DNA of 48,487 bases from Flavobacteriales bacterium (GTDB lineage: Bacteria > Bacteroidota > Bacteroidia > Flavobacteriales_D > Crocinitomicaceae). The stretch is from NCBI GenBank assembly GCA_947463345.1, contig CANHSA010000001.1:1-48487 (forward strand), given 5' to 3'. The notes beneath the pieces were generated by a model, which saw only the letters and a program-made list of their open reading frames with translations, ran no database searches and was not told the origin of the DNA. The position numbers were made by a program, and so were the translations under genes. Of this stretch, positions 47,597 through 48,487 are shown in pieces (the first letter of the stretch is position 1; every line of letters begins with the position of its first letter).

Positions 47597-48270
47597 GTCT
47601 ATACGCTTGGGTCATCTTGCTTTCTTTTGCCGGACCTTTTGCACTCAGCTTTGATAAAAAGGTTGCGTTTTTTAAAGAATGGCGTTTTGTTTTCATTGCA
47701 ACGCTAGCTGTTGCTGTACCCTTTCTGATCTGGGATGAATTATTTACCCAATGGGGCGTATGGGGCTTCAATCCCAATTACCTATTGAAGATTTATTTAG
47801 GGCACCTTCCACTTGAAGAGGTGTTGTTTTTTATCGTGATCCCTTACAACTTCATTTTCATTTTGAAAGTCATTCAAGCTTACTTTCCAAATAGAAATCA
47901 AAAGCGGATTGCACCGTATTTCGGGTTTGTATTTCTTACTACCTCCATTATTTGGATCTTATTATATAGCAACAATTATTATACCTTTTTAGCAACCTTT
48001 TTAAGTGCCGGGCTAACGATACTTTTGAGAAATAAACATTGGTACCAAGATTTCATGTGGGCCTATTTACTTTGCCTCATTCCATTTTTTATCGTCAACG
48101 GCATCCTCACCGGAGCAGCTACAGAAGCTCCTATTGTCTGGTACAGTGCAAAACACATCATTGGATGGCGCATGATCAGCATTCCTTTTGAAGACCTTTA
48201 TTACAACTATTCATTACTCTTGCCGCTGACCTGGATGTATTTTTCTTTAAAAAATCGCAAGGAAAATTGA
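47593..48270 (+). CDS. Lycopene cyclase domain protein (fused CrtYc/Yd-type)
   Basis: There are two repeats, each with a PxEE/D motif (HLPLEEVLFF and SIPFEDLYYN), in a seven-helix-like membrane protein. Confidence 0.75.
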   Translation: MSLYAWVILLSFAGPFALSFDKKVAFFKEWRFVFIATLAVAVPFLIWDELFTQWGVWGFNPNYLLKIYLGHLPLEEVLFFIVIPYNFIFILKVIQAYFPNRNQKRIAPYFGFVFLTTSIIWILLYSNNYYTFLATFLSAGLTILLRNKHWYQDFMWAYLLCLIPFFIVNGILTGAATEAPIVWYSAKHIIGWRMISIPFEDLYYNYSLLLPLTWMYFSLKNRKEN

Positions 48271-48278
48271 TTTTGTAT

Positions 48279-48308
48279 TTTGAAAAATTAAAAAAATAAT
48301 TAACTTTG
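48279..48308 (+). promoter_or_regulatory. Candidate promoter of the tRNA-Gly / tRNA-Leu pair
   Basis: TTTG (48279-48282) is followed by 18 nt and then TAACTTTG (48301-48308). This lies 45 nt upstream of the tRNA 5' end. Confidence 0.45.
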
Positions 48309-48352
48309 TCGCCCCTAGCAAAGCAACGGCAGCGCAATAATGGGAGTTTCAA

Positions 48353-48425
<73 letters not shown>

Positions 48426-48432
48426 CTTTTGA

Positions 48433-48487
48433 GCTCGAGTGGTGGAATCGGTAGACACGCCGGACTTAAAATCCTGTGGGCATTTGC
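48433..48487 (+). tRNA. tRNA-Leu (anticodon TAA), 3'-truncated by the window edge
   Basis: GCTCGAG-TG-GTGGAATCGGTAGACAC is typical of a class II Leu D arm. The anticodon loop is CTTAAAA, and the long variable arm begins before the window ends. Confidence 0.8.

Overview
This window looks like a compact, almost entirely housekeeping stretch of a Bacteroidota chromosome. The phylum call rests on T9SS type-A and type-B C-terminal sorting domains, TAnnTTTG-type -7 promoter boxes, the acpP-fabF-rnc and b558-type sdhCAB gene orders, and a kynureninase. I call about 47 protein genes, many with overlapping or abutting stop and start codons. There are also two tRNAs at the 3' end (Gly-GCC and a truncated Leu-TAA), three clear rho-independent terminators and a few candidate promoters. 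Recognisable genes include ispG, ispD, rpoN, rnr, hflX, lepA, nrdBA, purH, purN, mreB, sdhCAB, rnc, fabF, acpP, kynU, hemL and a carotenoid tailoring block (CruF-like, crtZ, lycopene-cyclase domain). I saw no CRISPR array, transposase, integrase, phage gene or recognisable defence gene, so I cannot point to a defence or mobile island. The novelty candidates are modest and all need database or structure searches I cannot run. (1) An RluA pseudouridine synthase carries a ~340-aa N-terminal region with Cys/CxxxC motifs in a deaminase-like order, split by a long coiled coil. (2) An ECF sigma factor is paired with a single-pass membrane protein that ends in a T9SS type-B sorting domain. (3) A TlpA / OM beta-barrel / CxxC-lipoprotein module is translationally coupled to rpoN. 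(4) A T9SS-sorted protein has a WCGPC thioredoxin domain. (5) A cytochrome b-like / cytochrome c pair sits between lepA and hflX. (6) Degenerate direct repeats of the nrdA 3' end lie just downstream of nrdA. Several ORF-track starts were corrected, because some N-terminal extensions are terminator hairpins, promoters or neighbouring genes.
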